Assembly (NCBI GenBank): GCA_965203805.1
Contig: OZ241917.1
Coordinates: forward strand, 2,976,001-3,040,000
Length of the DNA: 64,000 nt
Source: Candidatus Latescibacterota bacterium
Lineage (GTDB): Bacteria > Latescibacterota > UBA2968 > GCA-2709665
Direction of reading: 5' to 3'
The notes under the pieces are model-generated. The model did not search any database and had not been told where the DNA came from. It saw only the letters and a program-made list of their open reading frames with translations. Below are positions 20,415-30,328 of the stretch, piece by piece; position 1 is the first letter of the stretch; each line of letters opens with the position of its first letter. Both the position numbers and the translations under genes were made by a program.

Positions 20415-20805
20415 GACTCTTCGTCCAATCTTCCCTTGTCCCATGTAGCTTTCGCTCATAATCCCGGAACAAGCAGCACTTCGATGGTTCAACTAACCCG
20501 TGAGTTGGTCGGTCTCTACGTAGAACCAAAGAAGAAGGCAAATCATCCACGCAAAAGGAAAAAACAGGATCCCGCCCTTCCCCGCCAAGGGATTTGGGCA
20601 GCCTTGACTTCGGTAGTTGCCCAACTGTATCCGGGGTTACGGACATCCCTCCAGTCATTGGCCGTACTTTGCAATTGTCAATCTTGATGTCGGCGAACTG
20701 TCCGCTGGTGCGAACCCCCAGTGTTCTTCCTGAACGTCCTGCGAGAGGCCTGCCATCTGCATCCTCTTTCATTGCTCGGAAGACAACCCGAGGGTTTTTC
20801 TGCAT
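20407..20805 (-). CDS. Tse2-like ADP-ribosyltransferase-fold toxin domain protein
   Basis: 132 aa; 'VFRAM', 'RPMTGGMSV', 'HGLVEP...FRDYERKL' resemble the Tse2-type ART pattern. Confidence 0.6.
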   Translation of the reverse strand: MQKNPRVVFRAMKEDADGRPLAGRSGRTLGVRTSGQFADIKIDNCKVRPMTGGMSVTPDTVGQLPKSRLPKSLGGEGRDPVFSFCVDDLPSSLVLRRDRPTHGLVEPSKCCLFRDYERKLHGTREDWTKSHE

Positions 20806-20865
20806 TCAGCAAGTCCTATTCGCCGGCATCTTTAATCAACTTCAGATGGGGATGGTAAGTGCGAA

Positions 20866-20894
20866 AAAATACCGATATTTCACAATTTGGTCAA
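20866..20894 (-). promoter_or_regulatory. Sigma70-type promoter for the three-gene cassette
   Basis: TTGACC-N17-TATTTT on the minus strand, ~60 nt upstream of ATG 20805. Confidence 0.55.
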
Positions 20895-20968
20895 GCAACA
20901 CGTATCGTTTTCATTCAAACGCAAATTTCACGAACTCCGACGGGACCAACGGTGTGTTGTTTTTCGTT

Positions 20969-21616
20969 TCAAAGTGTCAACCCGATCACAATATTGAAAT
21001 TCGCCGTTAATTCTCCAATTTCCGATCCGGGCAGCGGCTTGAAGGGCACCGCCAGCAGATCGTGTGACGCCCGGCCGGATCTCCGGAATATGGAGTCCCT
21101 CTCGTTGTCCGGGTTGCCCTTGACGTACATCTGCGTGGTCAGGACCCGGCGTCCGTTCCTGTTAATCGCAAAGTGGATATGGGCCGCCCGTGCTCCCGAA
21201 TATCTGACGGGCTTGATCGTCCGAAAGCGGTATTCCCCCAGGGCGCCCGTCTCGAATCGGCCGAAGCCCTGAAAGTTCCGGTCCCGCCTGTTTCTCCCGC
21301 GGGCTTCGGTATGTAAGTAGACGCCGTTGCTGTCCACCTGCCAGATTTCTACAATTGCTTTCTTAACCGGATTGCCGTTAACGTCGGTGACGCGCCCGGT
21401 CAAATGGGTAATTTCTCCCACGGCCGGCGTCATCGCGTCGTTGATGATCAATAGATCGTTATCCACGTCCAGCGGCAATCTGTCCGGATAGAAGGGGCCC
21501 TCGGTCTGCCAGGGGGTTCGCACGAGTTGTTCGGCAAAAGCCCCGGGCGTCACGATCGCCGCCGCTCCCAATGCGCCCGTATGCCATAGAAAACGCCTGC
21601 GATCAATCGACATCAC
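20969..21616 (-). CDS. Intradiol ring-cleavage dioxygenase (protocatechuate 3,4-dioxygenase beta-like) with Tat signal
   Basis: 'DRRRFL' Tat motif; 'TEGPFY', 'VEIWQ.D.NG.Y', 'FRTIKP..Y', 'AHIHF'. Confidence 0.85.
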   Translation of the reverse strand: MMSIDRRRFLWHTGALGAAAIVTPGAFAEQLVRTPWQTEGPFYPDRLPLDVDNDLLIINDAMTPAVGEITHLTGRVTDVNGNPVKKAIVEIWQVDSNGVYLHTEARGRNRRDRNFQGFGRFETGALGEYRFRTIKPVRYSGARAAHIHFAINRNGRRVLTTQMYVKGNPDNERDSIFRRSGRASHDLLAVPFKPLPGSEIGELTANFNIVIGLTL

Positions 21617-21669
21617 AGCCTCCCTACGGGATGATTCACATTCAATCGCTGCCCCTTAGACACCACGTC

Positions 21670-22920
21670 CTAGTGATTATAGACCAGGTGCAATTCGACA
21701 AAACTGTCTCTCCGGCTGGCGTAGGACAGGTCGCTCGCGTCGACGTCCAGAAGGGCGATCGCCTCCAAATGCAGGGAGAACCTGCCTGAAATCCGCCGGT
21801 TGAATTCGAACGTGAACACTCGCGTGGTCGTGTCGATATCGTTCATTACGCTGCCTAGCACTTCGGTGCTCTGGATGTCGTTGAATGCGAGGCGGGCGGC
21901 AATGAAGAGGTCGTTCTGAAAGATGTTCGTCGCATTCCGGCCGCGTCCGTCGTAATTCCATTCCCCGATCAGGCTCAGATCGGCCGCTGAGCCGATGAAG
22001 GAATAGAACGTATACTCGCCGCCCATCGTAGCCGCAACGTACTCCGCCTCCACGCCGCGGCGATCCCGGGCGCCGGCGCGGCCGAGCGCTTCGATCTTGA
22101 ACAGCCAGGAACCGGCGGTCAGCTGGGCATCCAGTCCGACCTGCCGGATCCGGTCGTATTCCGGTAACAGGACCGGCAGGCCGTTTCGGTCAATGTCCGG
22201 CAACAGCAGAGGGTCCCGGCTGTTGCCGTCGAATACGCTGATCCCCACGTCCATATTTCCCGCACTGCGACTGTAACGCGCGGCAACGTCCGGATGCCAC
22301 CGCCCGGCGTCACTCTCGTACGAAACCCGTTCATTGTCCACGATGAACGGGAAACGCAACCGGCCGGAACGCCCCGGAAAGGTGCGGGCGCGGTGTCCGG
22401 TCAATCCGAACAGTTCCACCGCGCCCCAGTCGCCTGACAACGTAAGATGGGCCATGGGCTGACCCAGCGTGGGCTCCTTGTACGGGTGCTCCACAAGGTC
22501 GACCTGGTTGATGATATTCACCAGCCGGCGGGATTCGGTCACGCCCCAGAATACGCGGTCGACGCCCAGGCGCATTTCCCATTCCTGATTCCCGAGCTCG
22601 CCGAAGAGCAGGAAATAGGCTTCGCGCAGATCCACGTGGGTGCGCCGATTATCCCCGGCGTCGAAGCGGAAGAACGGCGCCAGAGTGAAACTTCTGCCCC
22701 GGACGTCTTCAACGTAGATCTTCGGTTCGGCGACAACGCCGCTGCCGTGCGCGCGCTGGCCAGTGTAGGCGCCAGACTCTGGAAACCAGCGGCTTTCGAC
22801 GCTAAGGCGCCCGGACAACTCCCGAGTTTCGATCTGGGCACCGGAATTGCCGGAGAAAACCGGAGCAAGAATCCAGGCGGCAACGAGCGGCACGCAACGG
22901 AATACGATTCGGTTAGGCAT
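21670..22920 (-). CDS. Putative outer-membrane beta-barrel protein
   Basis: Signal peptide; 'DLREAY', 'RVFWGVTES', amphipathic strands, C-term 'VELHLVYNH'. Confidence 0.65.
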   Translation of the reverse strand: MPNRIVFRCVPLVAAWILAPVFSGNSGAQIETRELSGRLSVESRWFPESGAYTGQRAHGSGVVAEPKIYVEDVRGRSFTLAPFFRFDAGDNRRTHVDLREAYFLLFGELGNQEWEMRLGVDRVFWGVTESRRLVNIINQVDLVEHPYKEPTLGQPMAHLTLSGDWGAVELFGLTGHRARTFPGRSGRLRFPFIVDNERVSYESDAGRWHPDVAARYSRSAGNMDVGISVFDGNSRDPLLLPDIDRNGLPVLLPEYDRIRQVGLDAQLTAGSWLFKIEALGRAGARDRRGVEAEYVAATMGGEYTFYSFIGSAADLSLIGEWNYDGRGRNATNIFQNDLFIAARLAFNDIQSTEVLGSVMNDIDTTTRVFTFEFNRRISGRFSLHLEAIALLDVDASDLSYASRRDSFVELHLVYNH

Positions 22921-23735
22921 CAGCGAACCCGCTTCAGCCCGGTTTTCGTGAAATCCCTGTCCTGGAGATCGGTACCGAACTGATAGTCCGTCCAGGTCAG
23001 AACCGTACTCTTTCCGGTCAGGTGATTGACCATGGTCATCACGCCCGCGCGCCAGTAACGATCCAGGTATTGCCGGTAGTTCTCCAGCGTGAGCGTTTTC
23101 AGATGCGCGTTCTTCCTGTCATAGTACTCCACTTTCCAGGCTCGAAGTTCGCCTTTGTCGCGCCAGACAACTTGACGGCTGTAGCCCGACTTCCTGTCTG
23201 TTGGCATACGTTCCGTTACCGTGCAGGTCAGATCGCCGCAGGGTTCGTCACGCAGGTAGCGGTAAGTGAATTTCTCCACGGCCTGGGCGGTCATATCTTC
23301 ATAGGCGAACTCACTGCCCATGAAGGAACCGGACCGGTTCGACGAACTGATTCGCTTGACGCGTTTCAGAGCGGGCAGGTAGAGCCACTGATCGTCCGCG
23401 CTCGCCCGGTGTGCGTGAACGAGCAGAGCCGTTCCCTTGACGTCGCGCGGCTCGTCGAATACAAACAGGCTCTTGTCGCCGTCTTCCTGTACCTCCAGCA
23501 CCTTTACGCGGAGTTGCCGCCGGCTCTCCTGTCCGTGCCTGTTACGAAGCACCATGACCTGCTGCGCTGTAAAGTTGCCGAATCCTTCCTCCCGGGCGCT
23601 GGCCTTCCTGGCGATATTCAGGCCGATTGCATCGGACTCGATGTTCTGCGAGTGAACCGGTACCGTCCCCCCGATGCCTGCCGCGACAATCAGCCATGGC
23701 GTCGAAAACGCGAGCACTTTGCGTGGATAACTCAT
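22920..23735 (-). CDS. Outer-membrane lipoprotein-sorting (LolA-like) periplasmic protein
   Basis: 'P.DVKGTALL', 'DDQWLYLPALKRVKRISS', 'SFMGSEFAYED', 'YYDRK...LKTL'. Confidence 0.85.
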   Translation of the reverse strand: MSYPRKVLAFSTPWLIVAAGIGGTVPVHSQNIESDAIGLNIARKASAREEGFGNFTAQQVMVLRNRHGQESRRQLRVKVLEVQEDGDKSLFVFDEPRDVKGTALLVHAHRASADDQWLYLPALKRVKRISSSNRSGSFMGSEFAYEDMTAQAVEKFTYRYLRDEPCGDLTCTVTERMPTDRKSGYSRQVVWRDKGELRAWKVEYYDRKNAHLKTLTLENYRQYLDRYWRAGVMTMVNHLTGKSTVLTWTDYQFGTDLQDRDFTKTGLKRVR

Positions 23736-26035
23736 GATTTCCTCCGGTCAATGGCAATCAACAGGGTTGGCAGAAGCAGGAAATCGGCGACCAGCGCGAA
23801 TATGATCGTGATCGTGACCAGAAGGCCGAGCGCCCAACTCACCTGGAACCCCGACGTTGCGAATACCAGAAAGCCCGCCGACAATACCGCGGTTGTCGTC
23901 CACAGTGCATATCCTACCGTGCGGAACGAGTACCGAACGGCTTCGGGCACGGAGCGACCCTCGCGCCGGGCTTTCAGATACTTGCTCAGAAAATGAATCG
24001 TGTCGTCCACGACGATTCCGAAAACGACGGCGATGACCACCGACGAGGCAATGCCCACGTTTCCTACGAGATAACCCCACAGCCCAAAACTCATGATCGC
24101 GGGGATGAAGTTCGGGAGAAGACTCAGGAGGCCGATCCGTACGCTCCTGAAGATCCAGATCAGAATAAACGAAATAAGGGCCATGGCCAGGATCGTGCCT
24201 CGCAACATGCTCTTGATGTTTCGCAGTGACAGGTGGGCAAACACAATGCTGAGGCCTGTCGCCTCCTGTGCAAACGCGGGCGCGTTTGCGTGAAGCCAGG
24301 CCTGTGCTCGCTCATCGAGTTCACGCAGGTCGCGAGACCACGCGTTCCTGGTGGTGACGACCACTCGAGTAGAAGACTTTGCGACGTCGATGCGGTCATT
24401 GAGATCGCTGCCGAACGGGAGCGACAACTCGTACAGCAACAGATACTGCGCGGCGAGCTCAGGGTCTTCCGGCAGACGAAGAAAAGCCGGGTCGTCGCCG
24501 TGCATGTTCATGTTCAGACGTTTCATGACGTCCGAAAACACCTGGACGTGCGTCACTTCGGGCTGCTCCCGGTACCACCCGGCGAAAGCATCGATCTTGC
24601 GCAGATATTCGGGTTGGGTGATGCCGCCTTCCCTCCCCGAGTTCATTGAGTATTCCAGCTTGTCCAGTCCGGTCAGATTCTCGATGATGTAGTCCGTATC
24701 GCGCCGGAAGTCGTAACGGTCGTCGAAATATTGAGCCATATTGTCGCTCAGTTCGATGCGGGAGATGCCCATTGACAGGCAGGCCACCGCCGGAATGAGG
24801 ACCGCCAGCAGGAATTTGCGCCGGGCGATGACGATCCCCGCAAAACGGCCGAGCAGGTCCCTGTCTTGTGTCCTCCGGGCCGACACTCGCAGCGGCAACA
24901 GGGACAGAAGCGCCGGGAGAAGCGTGACGGAATAGACAAGTGCGCAAAGGACGCCGAACGCGACGAAGTTTCCCAGGATATGGAAGGGCGGCGAATCCGA
25001 GGCGTTCAGGCTGAGAAATCCGATCGCGGTCGTAACCGAGGTGATGAATACCGGATAGATATTGATCCGGAATGATTCGGCAATCGCCTCGTTCCTGGCA
25101 AGTCCTCGCCTCATTCCCAACAGAACGCTCGTGACAATGTGGATGGCGTCGGCCATGGCGATCACCATGACGATAATCGGTATCCCGGCGTTCGTGGGGC
25201 TGAACACCACACGGCTCCATCCGGCAAGCCCCATGGTGGTATTGATGACAAACACGATCACGGCCACGATCGCAAGTGTCCCGAAGACCGAGCGCAGAAG
25301 GACAATTGTCGCGACGATGACAATCACGAACACAATCGGCGTGAGGGTCCGCATGTCGTCCTGCGTGGCGTCGGAAAAAGTCCTGTTCATGACCACGTCG
25401 CCCGTGAGGTGGTAGGCGAACTGCGGATGCCGGGCCCGGGCCTGGTTCAGAAGCGAAACCAGATAGTCGGTAATTTCAACGACGGCCTGGTCCGGATTCT
25501 CCGGAAGAACGAAGTTTATGGCGACACCTGCCGTACGTCCGTCACGGGAAACCAGGCGTCCGGCGATTTCGACGGCGTCCAGCGCGGTCTTTTCGATTCG
25601 CGCCAGGTCGGCGTCACTCAACCCCTGCGCATCCTCCACAAGCGGCGCGACGACAAGATCATCCTCGAACGCCTCGCTGTGGGTATAGTTGGTGAGGGAG
25701 TTGACGCGGCTGGAGTACGGGGCGCGCCACACGGAATCGGTCATATCCACAACCGCGCCGAGACCTTCGCGCGTGAACACGGAGCCCTCTTCGGGGGTAA
25801 TGGCAATCAATGCCGCGTTGGAGGTGGAGTACGTGTTCTCTAACTCATCGAAAGCGAGAAGCTGCGGATTGTCTTCGCTGAAAAGTACGCGGTAGTCGTT
25901 TGTCACCGTGATAAATCGAACGCCGGCGGTCATGGCCGCCATCAGGAGCGTCGCCGCCACAAGCACAATCCACCGATAGCGTAGCACGGCATCTATGTAA
26001 CGATCCCGGAGCATAAGAATCATCGCCGCTCCCAT
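23732..26035 (-). CDS. MMPL/RND family transporter
   Basis: 767 aa, two repeats; 'ADAIHI', 'TSVTTAIGFLSL', 'GIVVDDTIHF'. Confidence 0.9.
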   Translation of the reverse strand: MGAAMILMLRDRYIDAVLRYRWIVLVAATLLMAAMTAGVRFITVTNDYRVLFSEDNPQLLAFDELENTYSTSNAALIAITPEEGSVFTREGLGAVVDMTDSVWRAPYSSRVNSLTNYTHSEAFEDDLVVAPLVEDAQGLSDADLARIEKTALDAVEIAGRLVSRDGRTAGVAINFVLPENPDQAVVEITDYLVSLLNQARARHPQFAYHLTGDVVMNRTFSDATQDDMRTLTPIVFVIVIVATIVLLRSVFGTLAIVAVIVFVINTTMGLAGWSRVVFSPTNAGIPIIVMVIAMADAIHIVTSVLLGMRRGLARNEAIAESFRINIYPVFITSVTTAIGFLSLNASDSPPFHILGNFVAFGVLCALVYSVTLLPALLSLLPLRVSARRTQDRDLLGRFAGIVIARRKFLLAVLIPAVACLSMGISRIELSDNMAQYFDDRYDFRRDTDYIIENLTGLDKLEYSMNSGREGGITQPEYLRKIDAFAGWYREQPEVTHVQVFSDVMKRLNMNMHGDDPAFLRLPEDPELAAQYLLLYELSLPFGSDLNDRIDVAKSSTRVVVTTRNAWSRDLRELDERAQAWLHANAPAFAQEATGLSIVFAHLSLRNIKSMLRGTILAMALISFILIWIFRSVRIGLLSLLPNFIPAIMSFGLWGYLVGNVGIASSVVIAVVFGIVVDDTIHFLSKYLKARREGRSVPEAVRYSFRTVGYALWTTTAVLSAGFLVFATSGFQVSWALGLLVTITIIFALVADFLLLPTLLIAIDRRKS

Positions 26036-26184
26036 ACCCGTCCCGAAGCGGCGATGACCTCACTGTCATTTGCGGACGACAGCGTCAACACCGGCAGATT
26101 CAGAGGCGTTCGTTCCATTCAGTCCATCACTCTCCTGCTATCGACCCGCCGTCGGAGGGTTGTCATCCCCGGCGCCGGCATCCA

Positions 26185-27357
26185 TCAATACGGGGCTGAC
26201 TTCGATGACTGGACATGATCGGGCAACCTGTAGCTCATTCCGCCCAGGCCTGCCTCGTCGTACACCGAAATCTCGAGCATCTGCGTGAAATTCTCAGATC
26301 TGATCGACTGCTTGCTCTTCAGCAGATGTTGAAAGCGTTGCTTCAGCCGATACGCCAGAAGTACGCCGAATGTATTGGTTTTGGGGAACCGCAACTGGTC
26401 CGCCAGCTTGTTCCCGATCAGGGACCTCGAAAGGCGGTAGGCCAGGGCCTTCACGTCTCGCTGTTCGTCGGGGTCCTCGATACCCGCGGTCAGCGGAATG
26501 GCCTCGACCAGGGCGTTCGCCATCGTTGCCGAATCGTGATCCGGTTCCGGCTCGCACATCAGCGCGATTTTGAATATCTCCCTTGCATGCGCTTCATCGG
26601 TAAAGAGGATGGACTCGGGCACACCCATCACGTGACCGGCGTACCGCCAGATCCGGATGATGCTGTCTCTTTCCTCCCGGTTAAATACAGCCCCCACGGA
26701 CGTCGAGTGTTGCAGCAACCGCATGGAGAAGACGGTCATCGCGAAACCCAGGTGCGCCGCGCTTAACGGCATGCCCCACGCTCCGGTATTCCACTCATCG
26801 GAATGCGCAAGCAGGTGCCTCACCCGTGCGTGGACGAATCGAAGGCGCATGGACAGCTTCCAACCGTCCCCGTCTCTCCGCAAACCCCCCGGGAAGAACA
26901 GTTCCAGGAGATGGCGGTTATTCTGCATCAGGCGCCTTCTTGCGGTCGAACGGTTCAACACGCGCCCGGTCGTCGCGAAAGACTTGGCGATCATGGTCGC
27001 GAACCCCTCGATCAGTGTGCCCGTAACGAAACCGACAAGCATATTTGTGGTATTCAAATGAAAGGCGCGCATGCCGGATCGGAAGGACTCGTATTCGAAC
27101 CAGGGAGGATCTTCCAGATTATCGAAAAAGTCGCGCATCGACTGAGGGGCATCGCAAATGACATCTTCCTCCTGGTCGATGCCCGCCTTGATGAACCGGT
27201 GCAGTTCCTGAGGAGGCAGGGAGGCGATGTCATCCATAACCGGATCGAGCGCCGGATCGCCGACGGTGGTGTGTCGGATATAGTTGTCGGCAAGCGCCTG
27301 ATCGTATTCGCGGGCTTTCGGGTAGCCGTCAATATAAGAGGAAGGTACGGTTAAGAT
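26185..27357 (-). CDS. MpaB/Lcp-like (DUF2236) oxygenase family protein
   Basis: 'TGR', 'RLRFVHARVR', 'WGMPLS', 'WRYAGHVMGVPE'; frame continues upstream of ATG 27237 to an AGGAG RBS, start uncertain (ATC 27357?). Confidence 0.75.
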   Translation of the reverse strand: MLTVPSSYIDGYPKAREYDQALADNYIRHTTVGDPALDPVMDDIASLPPQELHRFIKAGIDQEEDVICDAPQSMRDFFDNLEDPPWFEYESFRSGMRAFHLNTTNMLVGFVTGTLIEGFATMIAKSFATTGRVLNRSTARRRLMQNNRHLLELFFPGGLRRDGDGWKLSMRLRFVHARVRHLLAHSDEWNTGAWGMPLSAAHLGFAMTVFSMRLLQHSTSVGAVFNREERDSIIRIWRYAGHVMGVPESILFTDEAHAREIFKIALMCEPEPDHDSATMANALVEAIPLTAGIEDPDEQRDVKALAYRLSRSLIGNKLADQLRFPKTNTFGVLLAYRLKQRFQHLLKSKQSIRSENFTQMLEISVYDEAGLGGMSYRLPDHVQSSKSAPY

Positions 27358-27484
27358 GCCGATCTCTCCTTACGATGTCCTCAAGGGAGTCCCGAACCCG
27401 CTGGCAGAATTGCCCTTTTTATCCTCAAGCCGCCGACCCCCTGGTTCAATCGGGCAATCACTTAAACTAATACTAAAGCATTGA

Positions 27485-27513
27485 AATATAGCCGCCGTTT
27501 GCTGCAAAGTCAA
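27485..27513 (-). promoter_or_regulatory. Sigma70-type promoter for the oxygenase/MMPL operon
   Basis: TTGACT-N17-TATATT on the minus strand. Confidence 0.6.
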
Positions 27514-27946
27514 CAGCATTCATTTGATCATCTCGCCTGGTTTCGGCCATGAATCGAACCATCGCCCGATGGTGAAACAAGCAGGAAGAACGTGCTGATT
27601 TCCCTGGTCAATCGCAATTCCGGTACAGGATAAGCGGGATCGAAGTCGAAACAGCATTTTCGGACGCAAAGCGAAAAGAAGACCCTGTTTCGCCAGGATC
27701 GAGAAGCGCATGAGGACATCGAACGGGCGATTCCCGGGAAACCGAAGGCCATTCGTCGCGACTGACTCCCTTGCGTTTCTGCTTGAGCATTGCGGAGAAA
27801 AACACATATCATAAGAAAGTTGGGCGCAAGGGCGTTGGAGATCCGTTCTCTCAGAAAGCGCGCCGTCATTACATGCTTCGGTTCGGCCCACGTGAAGCAG
27901 CCGGTCTAAACCATTGTGATTCACCCGATCTTCACCTCTCTAGAAT

Positions 27947-29062
27947 ATGACTCTCGTCTATTCGAATGCGGACATCGTTGAAAGGGAGCGTAGAATCGCA
28001 GAGTTTGCCGTGAGACGTTACGGTCTCGGCGCCTGCCGTCGTACGTCCCGCCTGACCGGCGGCGTCCTCAATGAGGTGTACCTTGCGGAAACGTCGCGCG
28101 GCGATTTCGTGATAAGGGTGAATCGCGTCAGACGGTCCATGGACGAGATCGAGCGGCTCTCGGACTTCCTCTCACACCTCGACCGGAGTGGAATTCCCGT
28201 TGACGGATTTGTTCGGACGGCCGGCGGACAGGTCGCCGTGGCATTCGATGACGAGCTTCTGTCTTTGCATCGATGCCTCCCGGGAACGGTTTACCCTTCT
28301 CCGGCGGACCTGACGGGCAGTCAGAAGGCGACCATGATGAGGTTCCTCGCGGACTACCACGCCGCGGCAGGTCGATACCGGACAAATCGGGGGCTCGCGA
28401 TCCGGAATGAATCGGTGCCGGTCATCTACACCGACGATCCGGACCGCCTGAAAGGACGGTTCGAAAGCCTCCCGCATACCACCCCGGTCGTAGAATCCGC
28501 CGTCAACGGCGCAATCGACCGGCTGGCCTCGTTCTTTGCCTCCGGACTGTACAAGCAACTCGGACGGACCTGGGTCCACGGCGATTACAGGTCTTGCAAC
28601 GTGGCATTCAATGGGGACCGTGTGTGCGGGCTGTTCGACTGGGACCTGCTCTGCAACGGCCCCCGTTTGTGGGACGTCGTGGTTGCGTCCGGCGACCTGG
28701 CCAGAATGGCCGGGGGTTCCCTGTCCCGCCAACCGGAAGCGTGGCGCGGCAGTTTCCTTCGGCATCTCGCAACCTACCGGAAGGAAGCACGGCGTCACGG
28801 AGCCGACATCACAGAGCCCGAGGTCAGGTCCATTCCACACCTGATGGTCGCCGACACCATTCTCAGCGGCGTATTCTTCGCATTGCACTTGCGAAGACTG
28901 CCCCTGAAGCCCGGCGAGACCGATGAGCGGCGTCGTGAGCGGTCAGAAAGTCTGTTGTCGGAGACCATAGAAGACCTCATTGCGATCGACAGTCTGGTCG
29001 CCGCCGGGACGCGCACGTTCACTTTACCCTGTCTGGACGCGGCTGAATATGGCGATACGTGA
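27947..29062 (+). CDS. Aminoglycoside phosphotransferase/type II homoserine kinase-like kinase
   Basis: 'GGVLNEVY', 'FVIRV', Brenner motif 'HGDYRSCN', 'LFDWD'. Confidence 0.8.
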   Translation: MTLVYSNADIVERERRIAEFAVRRYGLGACRRTSRLTGGVLNEVYLAETSRGDFVIRVNRVRRSMDEIERLSDFLSHLDRSGIPVDGFVRTAGGQVAVAFDDELLSLHRCLPGTVYPSPADLTGSQKATMMRFLADYHAAAGRYRTNRGLAIRNESVPVIYTDDPDRLKGRFESLPHTTPVVESAVNGAIDRLASFFASGLYKQLGRTWVHGDYRSCNVAFNGDRVCGLFDWDLLCNGPRLWDVVVASGDLARMAGGSLSRQPEAWRGSFLRHLATYRKEARRHGADITEPEVRSIPHLMVADTILSGVFFALHLRRLPLKPGETDERRRERSESLLSETIEDLIAIDSLVAAGTRTFTLPCLDAAEYGDT

Positions 29063-29084
29063 TAGGCTATTTCAAAGTTGAATA

Positions 29085-29113
29085 TTGACATAGCGTGATT
29101 TATTCGTTATTTT
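29085..29113 (+). promoter_or_regulatory. Sigma70-type promoter, probably giving a leaderless mRNA
   Basis: TTGACA-N17-TATTTT with ATG 6 nt downstream and no SD sequence. Confidence 0.65.
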
Positions 29114-29119
29114 AGTAGC

Positions 29120-30328
29120 ATGATCACACGTGACCTCGCACCCATACTCAGACAGGCTGCGCGAACCTTCCCCGCCATTACGCTTACGGGTCCCCGGCAA
29201 AGCGGCAAAACGACGCTCTGCCGGACCATCTTCCCCGAACATCGATACACGACGCTCGAATCTCCCGACGTTCGCGCTTTTGCAGTAGAAGATCCACGGG
29301 GCTTCCTGGCTCAGTTTCCGGCCGGCGCCGTCATCGACGAGGTACAGCGAGCTCCAGACCTGCTTTCCTACCTGCAGGGAATTATCGACGATGACCCGCT
29401 GCCCGGACACTGGGTCCTGACGGGTTCGCAAAACCTTTCCCTGCTCGAGTCGGTCAGCCAGTCGCTGGCCGGGAGGACGGCGGTTCACCATCTGATGCCG
29501 CTGACCCGAGGGGAAATCGAGCGGTTTCCCGCATTTCCCGAGCGTCTTGAAGAAGCTCTCTTTGCAGGCTCATACCCCCGCATATTCGACCGTGGTATGG
29601 ATCCATCCGAATGGATCCGTTCTTATGTCGCCACCTATATCGAACGCGACGTGAGAACGATCGTAAACGTGGGAGATCTAGCGACATTCCAGCGATTTCT
29701 CGAATTGTGCGCCGGACGTACGGCTCAGTTGCTCAACCTCTCCGCGCTTGCAGACGACTGCGGGATATCCCAGCCAAGCGCAAGAGCCTGGCTAAGCATA
29801 CTTGAAACCAGCTTTATCGCCTTCCGGCTGCCGGCATTTCACGCCAACCTTCGCAAACGGCTGGTCAAGATGCCCAAACTGCACTTCTACGACACGGGGC
29901 TCGTCTGCTGGCTCCTCGGAATCCGCACACCTGACCAGCTACGCAATCATCCGCTTCGCGGCCCGATTTTCGAGACCTGGGTCGTATCTGAAATTGCAAA
30001 ACACCGAACCAACCACGGTGAAATGGGTGGCCTGTCATTTTACCGGGACCGGAACGGTGCCGAGGCCGACCTCATCATCGAGCACCCATCCCACATCGTG
30101 CTTGTCGAGGCCAAGTCCGCTAATACGGCGTCGTCGAGCCTGTTTGACAGCACCGGTCGCGTCCGAAAACATCTCACCCGGTTACCCCTGCCAAGTTCAG
30201 TCTTCGTTGCGTACGGGGGAAACGAACACCAGTGCCGAGCGCGGGGCACCCTTGTTCCGTGGCGCGACCTCCACGAAGCGGCGTTCCAGATCAACCGATC
30301 AGAAGGCGAGACAGCGAAGGTTCGGTGA
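29120..30328 (+). CDS. AAA_14 ATPase with DUF4143 C-terminal domain
   Basis: Walker A 'GPRQSGKTT', 'IDEVQ', 'LTGSQ', 'ESLAGR'-like 'QSLAGR', 'PKLHFYDTG', 'YRD..GAEAD...EAK'. Confidence 0.9.
   Translation: MITRDLAPILRQAARTFPAITLTGPRQSGKTTLCRTIFPEHRYTTLESPDVRAFAVEDPRGFLAQFPAGAVIDEVQRAPDLLSYLQGIIDDDPLPGHWVLTGSQNLSLLESVSQSLAGRTAVHHLMPLTRGEIERFPAFPERLEEALFAGSYPRIFDRGMDPSEWIRSYVATYIERDVRTIVNVGDLATFQRFLELCAGRTAQLLNLSALADDCGISQPSARAWLSILETSFIAFRLPAFHANLRKRLVKMPKLHFYDTGLVCWLLGIRTPDQLRNHPLRGPIFETWVVSEIAKHRTNHGEMGGLSFYRDRNGAEADLIIEHPSHIVLVEAKSANTASSSLFDSTGRVRKHLTRLPLPSSVFVAYGGNEHQCRARGTLVPWRDLHEAAFQINRSEGETAKVR

Noticed and set aside
27520-27924. Short ORFs in the divergent intergenic region
   Set aside because: No RBS, motif or protein-like composition that I can support
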